A DNA stretch of 64,000 nucleotides from Nitrosopumilus sp. (lineage in GTDB: Archaea; Thermoproteota; Nitrososphaeria; Nitrososphaerales; Nitrosopumilaceae). Position numbers and translations under genes: made by a program. The stretch's first letter is position 1. Each line of letters starts with the position of its first letter. This document shows, one piece after another, positions 1-9,297 of this stretch. The notes under the pieces were generated by a model. The model saw only the letters and a program-made list of their open reading frames with translations, had not been told where the DNA came from and searched no databases. Location of the stretch: the NCBI GenBank assembly GCA_963662625.1, contig OY759726.1, forward strand, positions 576,001-640,000, given 5' to 3'.

Positions 1-2
1 AC

Positions 3-653
3 GCGCGCCTGGAGTCCGTGAACTTCAGCCTCAGGACCAGGGAGAGCCACCTCATCGGGACGAAGACGCTCGACGGGGGGACCGTGGGCTTCGAGGAGGG
101 CCTCCTGACGAGGTCCATGAGGGAGGGCAGCATGCTGTACCTCGACGAGATCAACGCGGCCGAGGCGGACGTCCTGCTCAGGCTGGACGAGGCCCTCGAC
201 GACAGGAGGCAGGTGGTCCTGAAGGAGGCTGGCGGGAGCACCGTGAGGGCGGAGGAGGGGTGGTTCGTGGTGGCGACCATCAACCCGCTGACGCACAGCG
301 GGACGAAGGAGCTCCCCCCGCAGCTGCTCAGCAGGTTCCCGATCAGGATCAACCTGGAGTATCCCCCGGAGGGGATCGAGTTGGAGATCGTGAAGAAGTA
401 CGTGTCGGGGGACAGCGACGACGACGTGATGCAGGGGATCAGGCTCGCGAACACGCTGAGGCAGGCGGCCACCGTGGAGGAGCTGTTCTACTCGCCGAGC
501 CTGAGGGAGACCATAGCGTTCGGCAAGCTGCTAGACATGGGAGTCGCCCCCAGGGACGCGGCGTACACCGTCTTCGGGAACGTGTACACGCAGTGGGGAA
601 ACATCGAGTACCAGAAGGTCAGCGACATCATCACGTCGATGTTCGGGGGATAG
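3..653 (+). CDS. MoxR/CbbQ/NorQ-type AAA+ ATPase (5' end outside window)
   Basis: Walker B LYLDEIN, VVATINP sensor motif, LLSRF, SPSLRE; directly upstream of a vWA gene. Confidence 0.9.
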   Translation, partial: ARLESVNFSLRTRESHLIGTKTLDGGTVGFEEGLLTRSMREGSMLYLDEINAAEADVLLRLDEALDDRRQVVLKEAGGSTVRAEEGWFVVATINPLTHSGTKELPPQLLSRFPIRINLEYPPEGIELEIVKKYVSGDSDDDVMQGIRLANTLRQAATVEELFYSPSLRETIAFGKLLDMGVAPRDAAYTVFGNVYTQWGNIEYQKVSDIITSMFGG

Positions 654-2216
654 ATGCAGCCGTCTGGGATAAGGGACGAGTCGCTGGTGGAGATAGCCAC
701 CTTCCTGGCCAGGAGGTGGTCCGAGAACGGGGGCGTGGCGGTCGAGTTCTCGGACAAGGCGGACACCAGGACCAGGCTGGGCGAGAACAAGGTGATCCTG
801 GCCCCCCTGGAGAAGAGGATCGGGAGCAGCTTCCAGAGGTACAGGCAGTTCAGGACGTCGCTGTGGTACGAGGCCATGAGGATAAGGTTCTGCGGGAAGA
901 TCCTCAGCAACGACCACGCCTTCGGGTTCATCCTCAACACCATGGAGACCAGGAGGGTGGAGAGGCTCGGCAGGGAGCGCTGGAGGGGGATGGACGGGGA
1001 GCTCGTGTTCAACTACGCGTACATGCTGGTGTCGAGGCCGCAGCTCCACTCCGTGTACGGCAAGGCAAGGATCGTCGAGGCGTTCTACCAGTACTTCATG
1101 TTCGGGGCGTTCAAGGGCGAGGTGCAGCCGAGCCACTTCGAGCGGGTGAGGAAGGCCGACGCGTTCGCAAAGCGCGCAGTCGACGAGGCCGTGGAGGGGG
1201 GGCACGGCACCGAGTGGCTAGAGAGGAAGGTCAGCGAGATAATAAGGATGCTGGACATAGACTCGCTGCTGACGGTGCCGGTCTCGCTGCCGTTCATGAG
1301 GGCAGGGATGGCGCTGACGAGGGAGGAGCTGCTCAGGTTCCTCAAGGTGATTGCAAGGAACAAGGAGGGGGACTTTGGGAAGGCCGATCCCGGGGCGACG
1401 CTGAGCGGGGAGGACGTCTACGACGAGTACAGGGTGCTCCTCGAGGAGGACCGGAGGAACCAGAACAAGGGCCTGGCCCCGGAGGCGGTCGGCGTCCAGG
1501 TGCCGGCCGCCGGGAACGCCGACGAGGGGGCGATCTACGACCCGGGGCTCATCAACGGGCTGAAGACCAGGTTCAAGGAGTGGAAGACCGGCTGGAAGGA
1601 GCAGCACGGGAGGAACGGCGACGAGCTTGACGTGGAGAGCTACGCGGACGGCGGCGAGCCGTTCTTCACGGACGCCAAAAAGTCGATCAAGGCAAGGATA
1701 TTCATCCTGCTCGACCACTCCTCGAGCATCGCGTCGGACGCGCCGGAGTACAAGAAGGCGACCCTGGCGCTCTGCGAGGTGCTGGCGTACCTGAGGGTGA
1801 GGTTCGCGGTGTACGCGTTCAGCACGGAGAACAGGTCCACCGTGTGCTGGCAGGTGAAGGCCGACGGCGCGAAGTGGAACCGCCTCGCGGCAAAGAGGCT
1901 GGCGCGGGTAGTCGCCAACGGCTCGACGCCGCTGGCCGAGGTGTACGACAAGATGTTCCCCGTGCTCCAGTCAAAGAGGCCCGACATATTCCTGACGCTC
2001 ACCGACGGGGAGCCGTCGGACCCCGACGCCGTGCGCGCGATGACAAAGTCGCTCAAGGGGCTGGGCATAAGGCTGGTGGCGCTGGGGCTGGGCCCGAACC
2101 CGGTAAGGTCGACGGCCATCGCGGGCAACCTGAGCCACCTGGGGTACGAGAGGACGCTCGCGGTGAGCAGGCTGAAGGACATCCCGGGCAGGGTGATCAG
2201 GATCCTGGACGTGTGA
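654..2216 (+). CDS. vWA domain protein (CbbO/NorD-like partner of the MoxR ATPase)
   Basis: C-terminal MIDAS motifs LLDHSSSI, GSTP, LTDGEP; starts immediately after the ATPase stop. Confidence 0.88.
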   Translation: MQPSGIRDESLVEIATFLARRWSENGGVAVEFSDKADTRTRLGENKVILAPLEKRIGSSFQRYRQFRTSLWYEAMRIRFCGKILSNDHAFGFILNTMETRRVERLGRERWRGMDGELVFNYAYMLVSRPQLHSVYGKARIVEAFYQYFMFGAFKGEVQPSHFERVRKADAFAKRAVDEAVEGGHGTEWLERKVSEIIRMLDIDSLLTVPVSLPFMRAGMALTREELLRFLKVIARNKEGDFGKADPGATLSGEDVYDEYRVLLEEDRRNQNKGLAPEAVGVQVPAAGNADEGAIYDPGLINGLKTRFKEWKTGWKEQHGRNGDELDVESYADGGEPFFTDAKKSIKARIFILLDHSSSIASDAPEYKKATLALCEVLAYLRVRFAVYAFSTENRSTVCWQVKADGAKWNRLAAKRLARVVANGSTPLAEVYDKMFPVLQSKRPDIFLTLTDGEPSDPDAVRAMTKSLKGLGIRLVALGLGPNPVRSTAIAGNLSHLGYERTLAVSRLKDIPGRVIRILDV

Positions 2217-2269
2217 CGCACGCACGGGCGGCTGTCAAATTATAAATTTAGCGACTGCGCGGTACAAGC

Positions 2270-3808
2270 ATGGAAGCCGACGGGGATCTGCTGGGGCGCT
2301 TCGAGAGGGAGATCCTGGCCAGGATCCCCCACCTGGAGGGGGACGGCCGGAAGGTGGCCAACCCGACGCCCCTCGTGGACCTGACCGAGGACCTCAGGGA
2401 ATGCGCCAGGAAGGTCTACAAGGAAGACCTGGGGGGCGCGGACCTGAGGGTCTACGGGAAGTTCGACTCGTCGCTGCCCGGCGGCTCGATCAAGACGAGG
2501 GCCGCGGTGCACATCATCCACGACGCCATATCGTCGGGGAAGCTCAGGGGCGGCCAGATGGTGATCGAGGCGACCTCCGGGAACTTTGGGATCGCGCTCG
2601 GGCTGCTGTCGGGGCTCGGGATCGACGTGGTCGCGCTGGTATCGAGGAAGCTGCAGGAGGGCGTCTTCGAGGAGCTGAAAAACGGGGAGATACGCACCAT
2701 AGACCTTGACATGGACATATGCCCCGCCCCGGGGATGGAGGACAGGGCGGACGACCTGGCCGCAAAGGCCACCGCGGAGAACGTCAGGACGCAGCTGGCC
2801 GGGATCGGGCTGGACACCGCGGTGTTTGACGGCAACCGCGACGAGATAGAGGGGCTGCTGGCCCGGCAGGACATCATCAACCTGGCCGTGTTCCTCGGGA
2901 GGATATACGGCCTCTTCTGCCCGGCGCAGTACGACAACGAGCTGAACGTCGAGGCCCACAGGACGGTCACCGCCGCGGAGATCGACGGGCAGCTGCGCGA
3001 GATTGGGGAGTCGCTGGGGGGCTACAAGATCATGTGCGCGTTCGGCACCGGCGGCACGTCGGGCGGCCTGAGCAGGTACGTGCGGGAGGCGTACGGCGGC
3101 AAGTCGGTGCACGTCGTCTTCCCCGCCCCGGGGCAGGACGTCGCGGGGATCAGGACGAAGGCCAACGCGGCGGGGCTGAAGCTCTACGACCCGGCCGCCT
3201 ACGAGGCGGAGCACGAGATCGACTACGAGAAGGCAAAGTTCCTCCTCAAGTTTTTCGTGGACAGGGGGCACGACATCGGGGAGAGCTCGGCCCTGGCGCT
3301 GTACTCCGCGATGGAGATGGCGCGGGACGGCGCGGCGGGGAAGTTCCTCGTCATCGTGGCCGACGGCATCGACAAGTACAGGAAGAACTTCGAGACGATA
3401 TCCGACGGCGGGGTGCCGATGAGGGTGTCTCTGGAGGACGCCGCGTCCGCCGCGGGTGGCTACGACCGCATAATCTGGGTGCACACTCAGTATACGCCGC
3501 GCGAGGAGGGGATCGAGATGATCGCGAGGTCGCTGGGCGTCGACAAGTCGAAGATCTCGGTGCCAAAGGCAAGCACCATAAGCGAGCTGCTGTCGACGCA
3601 GCGGATCCCCGAGGAGCTGGGGCGGGAGCTCGGCGGCTCCAAGGGCAAGTCGCTGCTGGTGTGCATGGCGGGGAACACCTCGTTCATGACAGCGCAGGTG
3701 CTTGCGGGCAAGGGCATAGTGACCCAGAGCCTCAACGGCGGCATCACCGACCTGCCCGAGGGGAGGGGCAGGGATCCCGGCACGTACATACAGGCCGCCA
3801 GCGAATAA
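2270..3808 (+). CDS. PLP-dependent cysteine synthase-family protein with C-terminal rhodanese-like region
   Basis: PTPLV, GGSIKTR (PLP lysine), EATSGNFG, GTGGT; C-terminal LLVCMAGNTS...SLNGGI. Confidence 0.8.
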   Translation: MEADGDLLGRFEREILARIPHLEGDGRKVANPTPLVDLTEDLRECARKVYKEDLGGADLRVYGKFDSSLPGGSIKTRAAVHIIHDAISSGKLRGGQMVIEATSGNFGIALGLLSGLGIDVVALVSRKLQEGVFEELKNGEIRTIDLDMDICPAPGMEDRADDLAAKATAENVRTQLAGIGLDTAVFDGNRDEIEGLLARQDIINLAVFLGRIYGLFCPAQYDNELNVEAHRTVTAAEIDGQLREIGESLGGYKIMCAFGTGGTSGGLSRYVREAYGGKSVHVVFPAPGQDVAGIRTKANAAGLKLYDPAAYEAEHEIDYEKAKFLLKFFVDRGHDIGESSALALYSAMEMARDGAAGKFLVIVADGIDKYRKNFETISDGGVPMRVSLEDAASAAGGYDRIIWVHTQYTPREEGIEMIARSLGVDKSKISVPKASTISELLSTQRIPEELGRELGGSKGKSLLVCMAGNTSFMTAQVLAGKGIVTQSLNGGITDLPEGRGRDPGTYIQAASE

Positions 3809-3810
3809 CC

Positions 3811-4266
3811 TTGAAATGCCTGTCGATCTGCCAGCCGTTCGCCGACCTGGTCGCGTCCGGCAGGAAGTCCGTGGAGCTGCGCAGTTGGAACACGGGCTAC
3901 CGGGGGGAGTTCCTGATCCACGCGCCGCTGAAGGTCAGGAAGGAGGAGGCCAGGAGGCTCGGGGCAGGCAGGGAGTTTGTCACGGGCGCGATCATCGGGA
4001 AGGCCGAGATCTTCGGGGTCAGGAGGTACGAGACCGAGTCGGAGTGGAGGAGGGACGGCCGGCTGCACCTGGCGTCCGGGGGGTTCCTGGGCAGCAGGTA
4101 CGGGTTCATGCTGAGGGACGCGAGGCGGTTCAGGGTGCCGATCCCGTGCAAGGGGATGCTGGGCTTCTTCGAGGCCGACGTCCCGAGCGCCCGGGCCAGC
4201 AGGTCGGAGATCGTGGCCGACATCATCGACGAGGAGCACAGGTACCGGTGGGTGGGGAGGCACTGA
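3811..4266 (+). CDS. ASCH domain protein
   Basis: TTG start; CLSICQPFADLVASGRKSVELRSW...YRGEFLIHA, GAIIG, PIPCKGMLGFF. Confidence 0.85.
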   Translation: MKCLSICQPFADLVASGRKSVELRSWNTGYRGEFLIHAPLKVRKEEARRLGAGREFVTGAIIGKAEIFGVRRYETESEWRRDGRLHLASGGFLGSRYGFMLRDARRFRVPIPCKGMLGFFEADVPSARASRSEIVADIIDEEHRYRWVGRH

Positions 4267-4366
4267 CGCGGGGCGCGCCCGGCAGGATGCGGGTTCCGTC
4301 CAGGCGGGGCCGCGTTCACGGCCCGGGCGCGGGGCCAAGGCGCGTCCCCGGCGCCGGGCCCGGGCC

Positions 4367-5703
4367 CAGTAGTTGAAAATGTACCCCCGCGGGGCACCGG
4401 CCAGCATGTTTTGACACGATCCGTGAACGTTTTGGACAGAAAAACCAATGGATCAGGCGCCCCTGTCATCCATCGTGTACCACCAAAACGAACCACGGGG
4501 GCGCCGGCTTGAGGTGGTGGGCAAGGCGTTTAAAACGTTGCCACGGCTGCTTGGGAAGGCGGGCATCAGGTTCTCGGGCCGGCACAACGCCGTGTACGGC
4601 ATGGCCGACTTCGTGCGCGTGTTGGTATCGATGTGCAGGGACCGCTCGTGCGCGTCGGGCGCCACCGGGGCGCTCGCCGTGCGCCACGGGCCCCGCCGCG
4701 TGCCGTCGTCGGCGTGGTTCCTGTCCAGGACAGGGGGGGCGTGCCGGGATCCCGGCACCATGGAGGGCAGGTGCAGGGACGCCCTGCGCTCCACGGTGCG
4801 CGGGGCCCGTCGCGCCGGGATCATCAGGGGGGCGTCCCACGCCGTGGCCCTGGACTATCACCTGATACCCAGGTATGACAGGAACCCCGCCACCAGGGGG
4901 GAGCAGCTGGTGCGCGCGAGGCACAGGAACGGGACGTCGCGCTTCGAGGGGTACGCCACCGCCCAGATGGTGGACGGGCCGGGGCTGAACCTGGCGTGCA
5001 GGCCCAAGAAGGGGAGCACGGGGGCCGAGACCGTGCGTGAACTGCTGCGTGACTGCGCTGGCGCGGGCGTCCGCCCGGGGCTGGTCCTGCTGGACCGGGG
5101 CTTCTTCTCGGCAGGGGTCGTCGGGGAGCTGTCCAGATCGGGCCACAGGTTCATCATGCCCGCGTCGCGGACGGCCGGCGTGAAGAGGGCCGTGGGGGAG
5201 CACGCGCGCGGGGAGAGGGATGCGGCGTCCCCGCACGTCCTGACGCCCCAGGACAGGAGCAAGAGGGAGCCGTTCACCCTGGTGATAGTCCCGAAGAAGG
5301 AGGGCGAGGACGGGTGGGACTCGGAGGACGCGCAGGAGAGGTACCTGGCGTACGCCACCAACGCCGGCGCCGGCAGGGCGGTCCGAGCCGCCGACGTCCC
5401 CGACGAGTACAGGAAGAGGTGGGGGACAGGGACGGGGCACGGGGACGCCGAGAAGGCCAGGCCCAGGACCACCAGCACGAACCCCTCAGTCAGGACGTTC
5501 ATGTTCTTCATGGCGCTGGTCATGTACAACCTGTGGATGATCTCGGTGGAATGGTCCGCCGGGTGGTACGGGAGCCGCGACACCGCCTCGATCCGGCTGG
5601 CGATCATGCTGGAGTACATGGTGAGGCTGGCCGCGTGCGCGGCGTATGGCGGCCGGACCTGGCCCAACCAGGCGTCTGCCGGCTAGTACATTTTCAAGTA
5701 CTG
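4367..5703 (+). mobile_element. ISH3-like (IS4 superfamily) insertion sequence, copy 1
   Basis: 18-bp TIRs cagtagttgaaaatgtac (4367) and gtacattttcaagtactg (5686), 17/18 match; 5-bp TSD GGGCC at 4362-4366 and 5704-5708. Confidence 0.9.
4448..5686 (+). pseudogene. ISH3-like DDE transposase, frame open but probably inactive
   Basis: LLDRGFFS motif; YRKRWGTGTG where the family has YxxRWxIE (catalytic Glu lost). Confidence 0.8.
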
Positions 5704-5737
5704 GGGCCAGCGCCCGCCAGGCCGCGATTCGGAGGGA

Positions 5738-5762
5738 TAATATAAAAGGGTTAATAAAGCTA
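5738..5762 (+). promoter_or_regulatory. AT-rich putative TATA/BRE region of tbp
   Basis: taatataaaagggttaataaagc just upstream of the ATG in an otherwise GC-rich context. Confidence 0.5.
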
Positions 5763-5766
5763 GTAG

Positions 5767-6330
5767 ATGTCCCGTACAAAGCCCCTGGTCAGCATCGAGA
5801 ACGTCGTCGCGTCGGCGTCCGTGGAGCAGAAGATCGACCTGTCGGAGATCACGAAAAAGTTTCCCGACACCGAGTACCACCCAGAGCAGTTCCCGGGGCT
5901 GGTGTTCCGGCTGAGCAACCCGAGGACCGCCACGCTGATCTTCAGGACGGGCAAGATGGTATGCACGGGGGCAAAGTCCGAGGAAATGGCGGTCAAGGCG
6001 GTGAACACGGTGGTCCAGAAGCTGAGGAAGGGGAAGATAAAGATAAAGAACGACGCGGTGATCACGGTCCAGAACATAGTCGCCGCCATAAACCTGGGCG
6101 GGAAGATCCACCTGGAAAAGGCCGCCAGGACCCTCCCGAGGAGCATGTACGAGCCAGAGCAGTTCCCGGGGCTGATCTACAGGATGCTGGATCCGAAGAC
6201 CGTGATACTGCTGTTTGCCTCGGGGAAGCTCGTGTGCACGGGGGCAAAGAAAGAGGCCGACGTCTACCGCTCCGTGTACAACCTGCACGCGCTGCTCGAG
6301 GAGAAGAACCTGATGATATATGGCCCGTGA
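5767..6330 (+). CDS. tbp: TATA-box binding protein
   Basis: Two repeats IENVVAS...YHPEQFPGLVFR and VQNIVA...YEPEQFPGLIYR. Confidence 0.98.
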   Translation: MSRTKPLVSIENVVASASVEQKIDLSEITKKFPDTEYHPEQFPGLVFRLSNPRTATLIFRTGKMVCTGAKSEEMAVKAVNTVVQKLRKGKIKIKNDAVITVQNIVAAINLGGKIHLEKAARTLPRSMYEPEQFPGLIYRMLDPKTVILLFASGKLVCTGAKKEADVYRSVYNLHALLEEKNLMIYGP

Positions 6331-6574
6331 CCCCCAGGCGCCGGATCCCGGCGCGGCCGGCGACGAGTACGCGGAGGAGAAGGCCAGGCTCACGCCGGAG
6401 GACGGGTTTGAGCTGGTGGGGATAGATTTTTTCGCGCCCCCCGGGGACAGGCTGTACCCCATACGGCACTTTGCGGCGTACCGTGACGCGCTGGCCGCGA
6501 AGAAGGGGCGCGGGAACCCCGAGGAGTACTTTGTGCTGTACAGGGACGCCGGCGGGGAGTGCCGCTGCCGCTAG
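6320..6574 (+). CDS. small hypothetical protein
   Basis: Protein-like composition (GFELVGIDFF); overlaps the tbp stop. Confidence 0.65.
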   Translation: MARDPQAPDPGAAGDEYAEEKARLTPEDGFELVGIDFFAPPGDRLYPIRHFAAYRDALAAKKGRGNPEEYFVLYRDAGGECRCR

Positions 6575-6578
6575 GCGG

Positions 6579-7256
6579 CTAGCCTGCAAAGGAGAACGCC
6601 GACGACGCCGACCCCGAGGCGTTTTGCGCGGTGATGGTGTACGTCCCGGGATCCTTCCAGCCGGCCCCGCCGGCAATCGCCAGGGTGGAGTACCTCCCGT
6701 CGCTTTTCGTGTCGACCTGCTCGGACCATGCCAGCTTGCCTGCAGGGTTCGTGATGGCAAGCGTCACGGACCCGGCCACGGGGGACGTGCCGCTGATCGA
6801 GACGATGTCGCCCGCCCCGTACGACGCGAGATCGGTGTGGAGGGAGAGGGCGGCCGGCCCAGCCGGGCCGTCCGCGGGCCCGCCGGGGGCGCCGCCGACG
6901 GCAAGCGCCACGGAGACGATCACCGCCAGCGCCGCGGCGCCGGCTACCAGCGCCAGCGTCGGGTTTTTCCTGGACTTCCTCGGCCCGGTGGGCGGGGCCG
7001 GGGCCGGGGGCGGGGCCGGCCGCTCCTCCCGGGCCGGCGGCTTTGCCTGCGCCGCCACGTCCGGGACGTCGGGCTCCTCCGGCTCCTCGGGCCCCCTGCC
7101 CAGGTGCTCCTCGGCCAGCTTCCTGACGTAGTTGCGCTCGTAGTTGCTGATCACCTCGTCGTTTTCGCACGCCCGGTGGATCTGCTTCAGGATCCGCTCG
7201 TCGCCTTTCTTCCGGTCAAGCAGTTCCTTGACGTCGTCGATCATTGGATCGGCCAT
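6579..7256 (-). CDS. hypothetical single-pass membrane protein
   Basis: Helical N-domain, Pro-rich linker, TM segment LALVAGAAALAVIVSVALAV, Ig-like C-domain (PGTYTITA). Confidence 0.75.
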   Translation of the reverse strand: MADPMIDDVKELLDRKKGDERILKQIHRACENDEVISNYERNYVRKLAEEHLGRGPEEPEEPDVPDVAAQAKPPAREERPAPPPAPAPPTGPRKSRKNPTLALVAGAAALAVIVSVALAVGGAPGGPADGPAGPAALSLHTDLASYGAGDIVSISGTSPVAGSVTLAITNPAGKLAWSEQVDTKSDGRYSTLAIAGGAGWKDPGTYTITAQNASGSASSAFSFAG

Positions 7257-7493
7257 ACCTGTTACTTACCGGCGGATTATTTATGAAGTTACCTTGGGGG
7301 CTGCCCGGGCGCGGGTTCCGCGCCTGCGGCAAAAGGCTGCCGGGAGGAGGCAGGTCCTCCCGGGAGTTCCTTTGGGGAACGTCCTGTTTGAAGGGTGCGT
7401 TACCATTGCAAAGTTCGTATAAAAGCGCGTGCCGGGACGCGCGGCCGCCGGCCGGGGCCTAAGTTTTTTATCTCAAGCGGTACAATGCTAGTC

Positions 7494-7868
7494 ATGTGCG
7501 CAAGCGCCCCTGACTCGTACCTTAAGAAGATAGACGAGATCCTGAGGCACGAGGAGATACGCTTCTGCGGCATGGTGGACACCGGGGGGAACCTGGTGGA
7601 GGGCAAGTTTCGCGAGGGCATACTGCCGCTGGAGCAGGACTCCGAGCGGCAGAAGATCTTCAGGGAGCTGGCTGCGAGGGTCACCGCGAGGAAGAAGTTC
7701 GAGCACTCCATGGGCAGGATCAAGTACTCGGCGTCGAGGCGGGAGGAGCTGGTCATGATAAGCTTCCCGGCAGGCGAGCACACCATCATGGTGACCGCCG
7801 GGACGAGCGTCAACATAGACCGGCTGGCCTTCAAGATAATCAAGATCCTGGGCATGGGTTGGGGCTAG
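7494..7868 (+). CDS. thaumarchaeal roadblock/DUF6659-like small protein
   Basis: IRFCGMVDTGGNLVEG...MGRIKYSASRR; TATA-like tttttat about 25 bp upstream; start uncertain. Confidence 0.7.
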   Translation: MCASAPDSYLKKIDEILRHEEIRFCGMVDTGGNLVEGKFREGILPLEQDSERQKIFRELAARVTARKKFEHSMGRIKYSASRREELVMISFPAGEHTIMVTAGTSVNIDRLAFKIIKILGMGWG

Positions 7869-7928
7869 CCGTCCGGCGGCCGTGGCGGTCTGGCTGGCGT
7901 AAAAAACGGTGAAGGTGGAGGGACAGCG

Positions 7929-8171
7929 CTACTGTTGCCCTTCTATCCCCATCAGCGTCAGGGTGGACCGGATCTTTGGGATCTTTCGTATCTTCCAAGT
8001 GATCGTTTCGCGCAGCGCCTCTACCAGGTTGGATTCAACCTTCGTGAGGATGTCGTATGCGCCAAAGGTGCCGTGCACTTCGGAGACACCCTCGATTGAC
8101 TTCAGTTCCGAGATTACTGCCTCCTCGGATCCCAGCTCGCAGTTTATGAGGACGTATGCTGTTGCCATCAC
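7929..8171 (-). CDS. Lrp/AsnC ligand-binding domain protein
   Basis: AYVLINCELG...GTFGAYDIL...IRKIPKIRSTLTL. Confidence 0.9.
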   Translation of the reverse strand: MMATAYVLINCELGSEEAVISELKSIEGVSEVHGTFGAYDILTKVESNLVEALRETITWKIRKIPKIRSTLTLMGIEGQQ

Positions 8172-8305
8172 TGCTCAACTCCCGATTTCATAATAAAAAA
8201 TAAAACCTGAAATATATAAGAATAATTAAAAATGATTATATATCAATCCAGGTTTCAGGCGCTGCCATGTAAATGTGTTTGGTGGGAGCGCGGGATTTTT
8301 AAAAA

Positions 8306-9259
8306 TCATAAAGCCCCCCTCATGACCGCCTCCAGGTCCCCGACGGTCTTTGCCGCGGCGATCCCCGACCGCAGCCTGACCCCGCCGCGCAATCCCCGGG
8401 TAAAGCGGATCGCCTGGTTCTTGACGTTCGCAAACTTGATGGCAAAGCCCCTGGTCAGTTCCAGGTACTCGAAGAACGCCTCCAGCCGGTCCGCGGCCGA
8501 GCGCTCCTCGTAGGAGCCCGTCTCCAGGTAGTCGTTGATCTGCTCGAAGAGGAACGGGTTCCCCATCGCGCCCCTGCCCACCATGACGTAGTCGCAGCCG
8601 GTGTATTCCAGCATCGCCCCGGCGTCCTCCGGCGTCACGATGTCCCCGTTGCCCACTATGGGGACGCTTGCCGTCTGCTTTAGCTCCTTTATCATCTTCC
8701 AGTCGGCCCTTCCGGAGTATCCCTGGCTCACGGTCCTGGGGTGCAGCGTGATCATCTGGATGCCGCGGTCCTCGGCCATTCCGGCAACGTCCATGAACAG
8801 GCGCCGGGACGCGTCGGTGATCCCCAGCCGGATCTTCAGGGTCACGGGCTTGCTGGTCGCGCCGACCAGCGCGTCGAAGATCTGCCCCGTCAGGCCCGCC
8901 TCCTGGAGGAGGGCCCCGCCCGCCATCTGCCGCGTGATGTGGGGCGCGGGGCAGCCCATGTTGTAGTCTATGATGTCGAAGAACGGCTCGACGATCCCCG
9001 CGGCCGCCTTCAGGGACTCGATGTCGGAGCCGAACAGCTGCACGGACAGCGGCCGCTCCTCCTCGGAGTACTCTAGGAACTCCCGTATCGTCCTGCTGTC
9101 CCGCCTCAGCTGCCTTTCCTTGGCAACGATGCTGTGTATGCTGGTGAACTCGGTCACCACCAGGCCCGCGCCCCGCCTCCTGCACTGGAGCCTCAGGGCA
9201 GGGTCGCTGACTCCGGCCATCGGCGCCAGGAACGCCTTGCTGGAGAATTTCGGGAGCAT
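8306..9259 (-). CDS. dusB: tRNA-dihydrouridine synthase (DusB family)
   Basis: LAPMAGVSD, VQLFGS, DYNMGCP, GNGDI, VMVGRGAMGNPFLF. Confidence 0.93.
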   Translation of the reverse strand: MLPKFSSKAFLAPMAGVSDPALRLQCRRRGAGLVVTEFTSIHSIVAKERQLRRDSRTIREFLEYSEEERPLSVQLFGSDIESLKAAAGIVEPFFDIIDYNMGCPAPHITRQMAGGALLQEAGLTGQIFDALVGATSKPVTLKIRLGITDASRRLFMDVAGMAEDRGIQMITLHPRTVSQGYSGRADWKMIKELKQTASVPIVGNGDIVTPEDAGAMLEYTGCDYVMVGRGAMGNPFLFEQINDYLETGSYEERSAADRLEAFFEYLELTRGFAIKFANVKNQAIRFTRGLRGGVRLRSGIAAAKTVGDLEAVMRGAL

Positions 9260-9297
9260 CCCCCGGTTACCGGGGCGCGGCCATGCCTGCCATCGGG

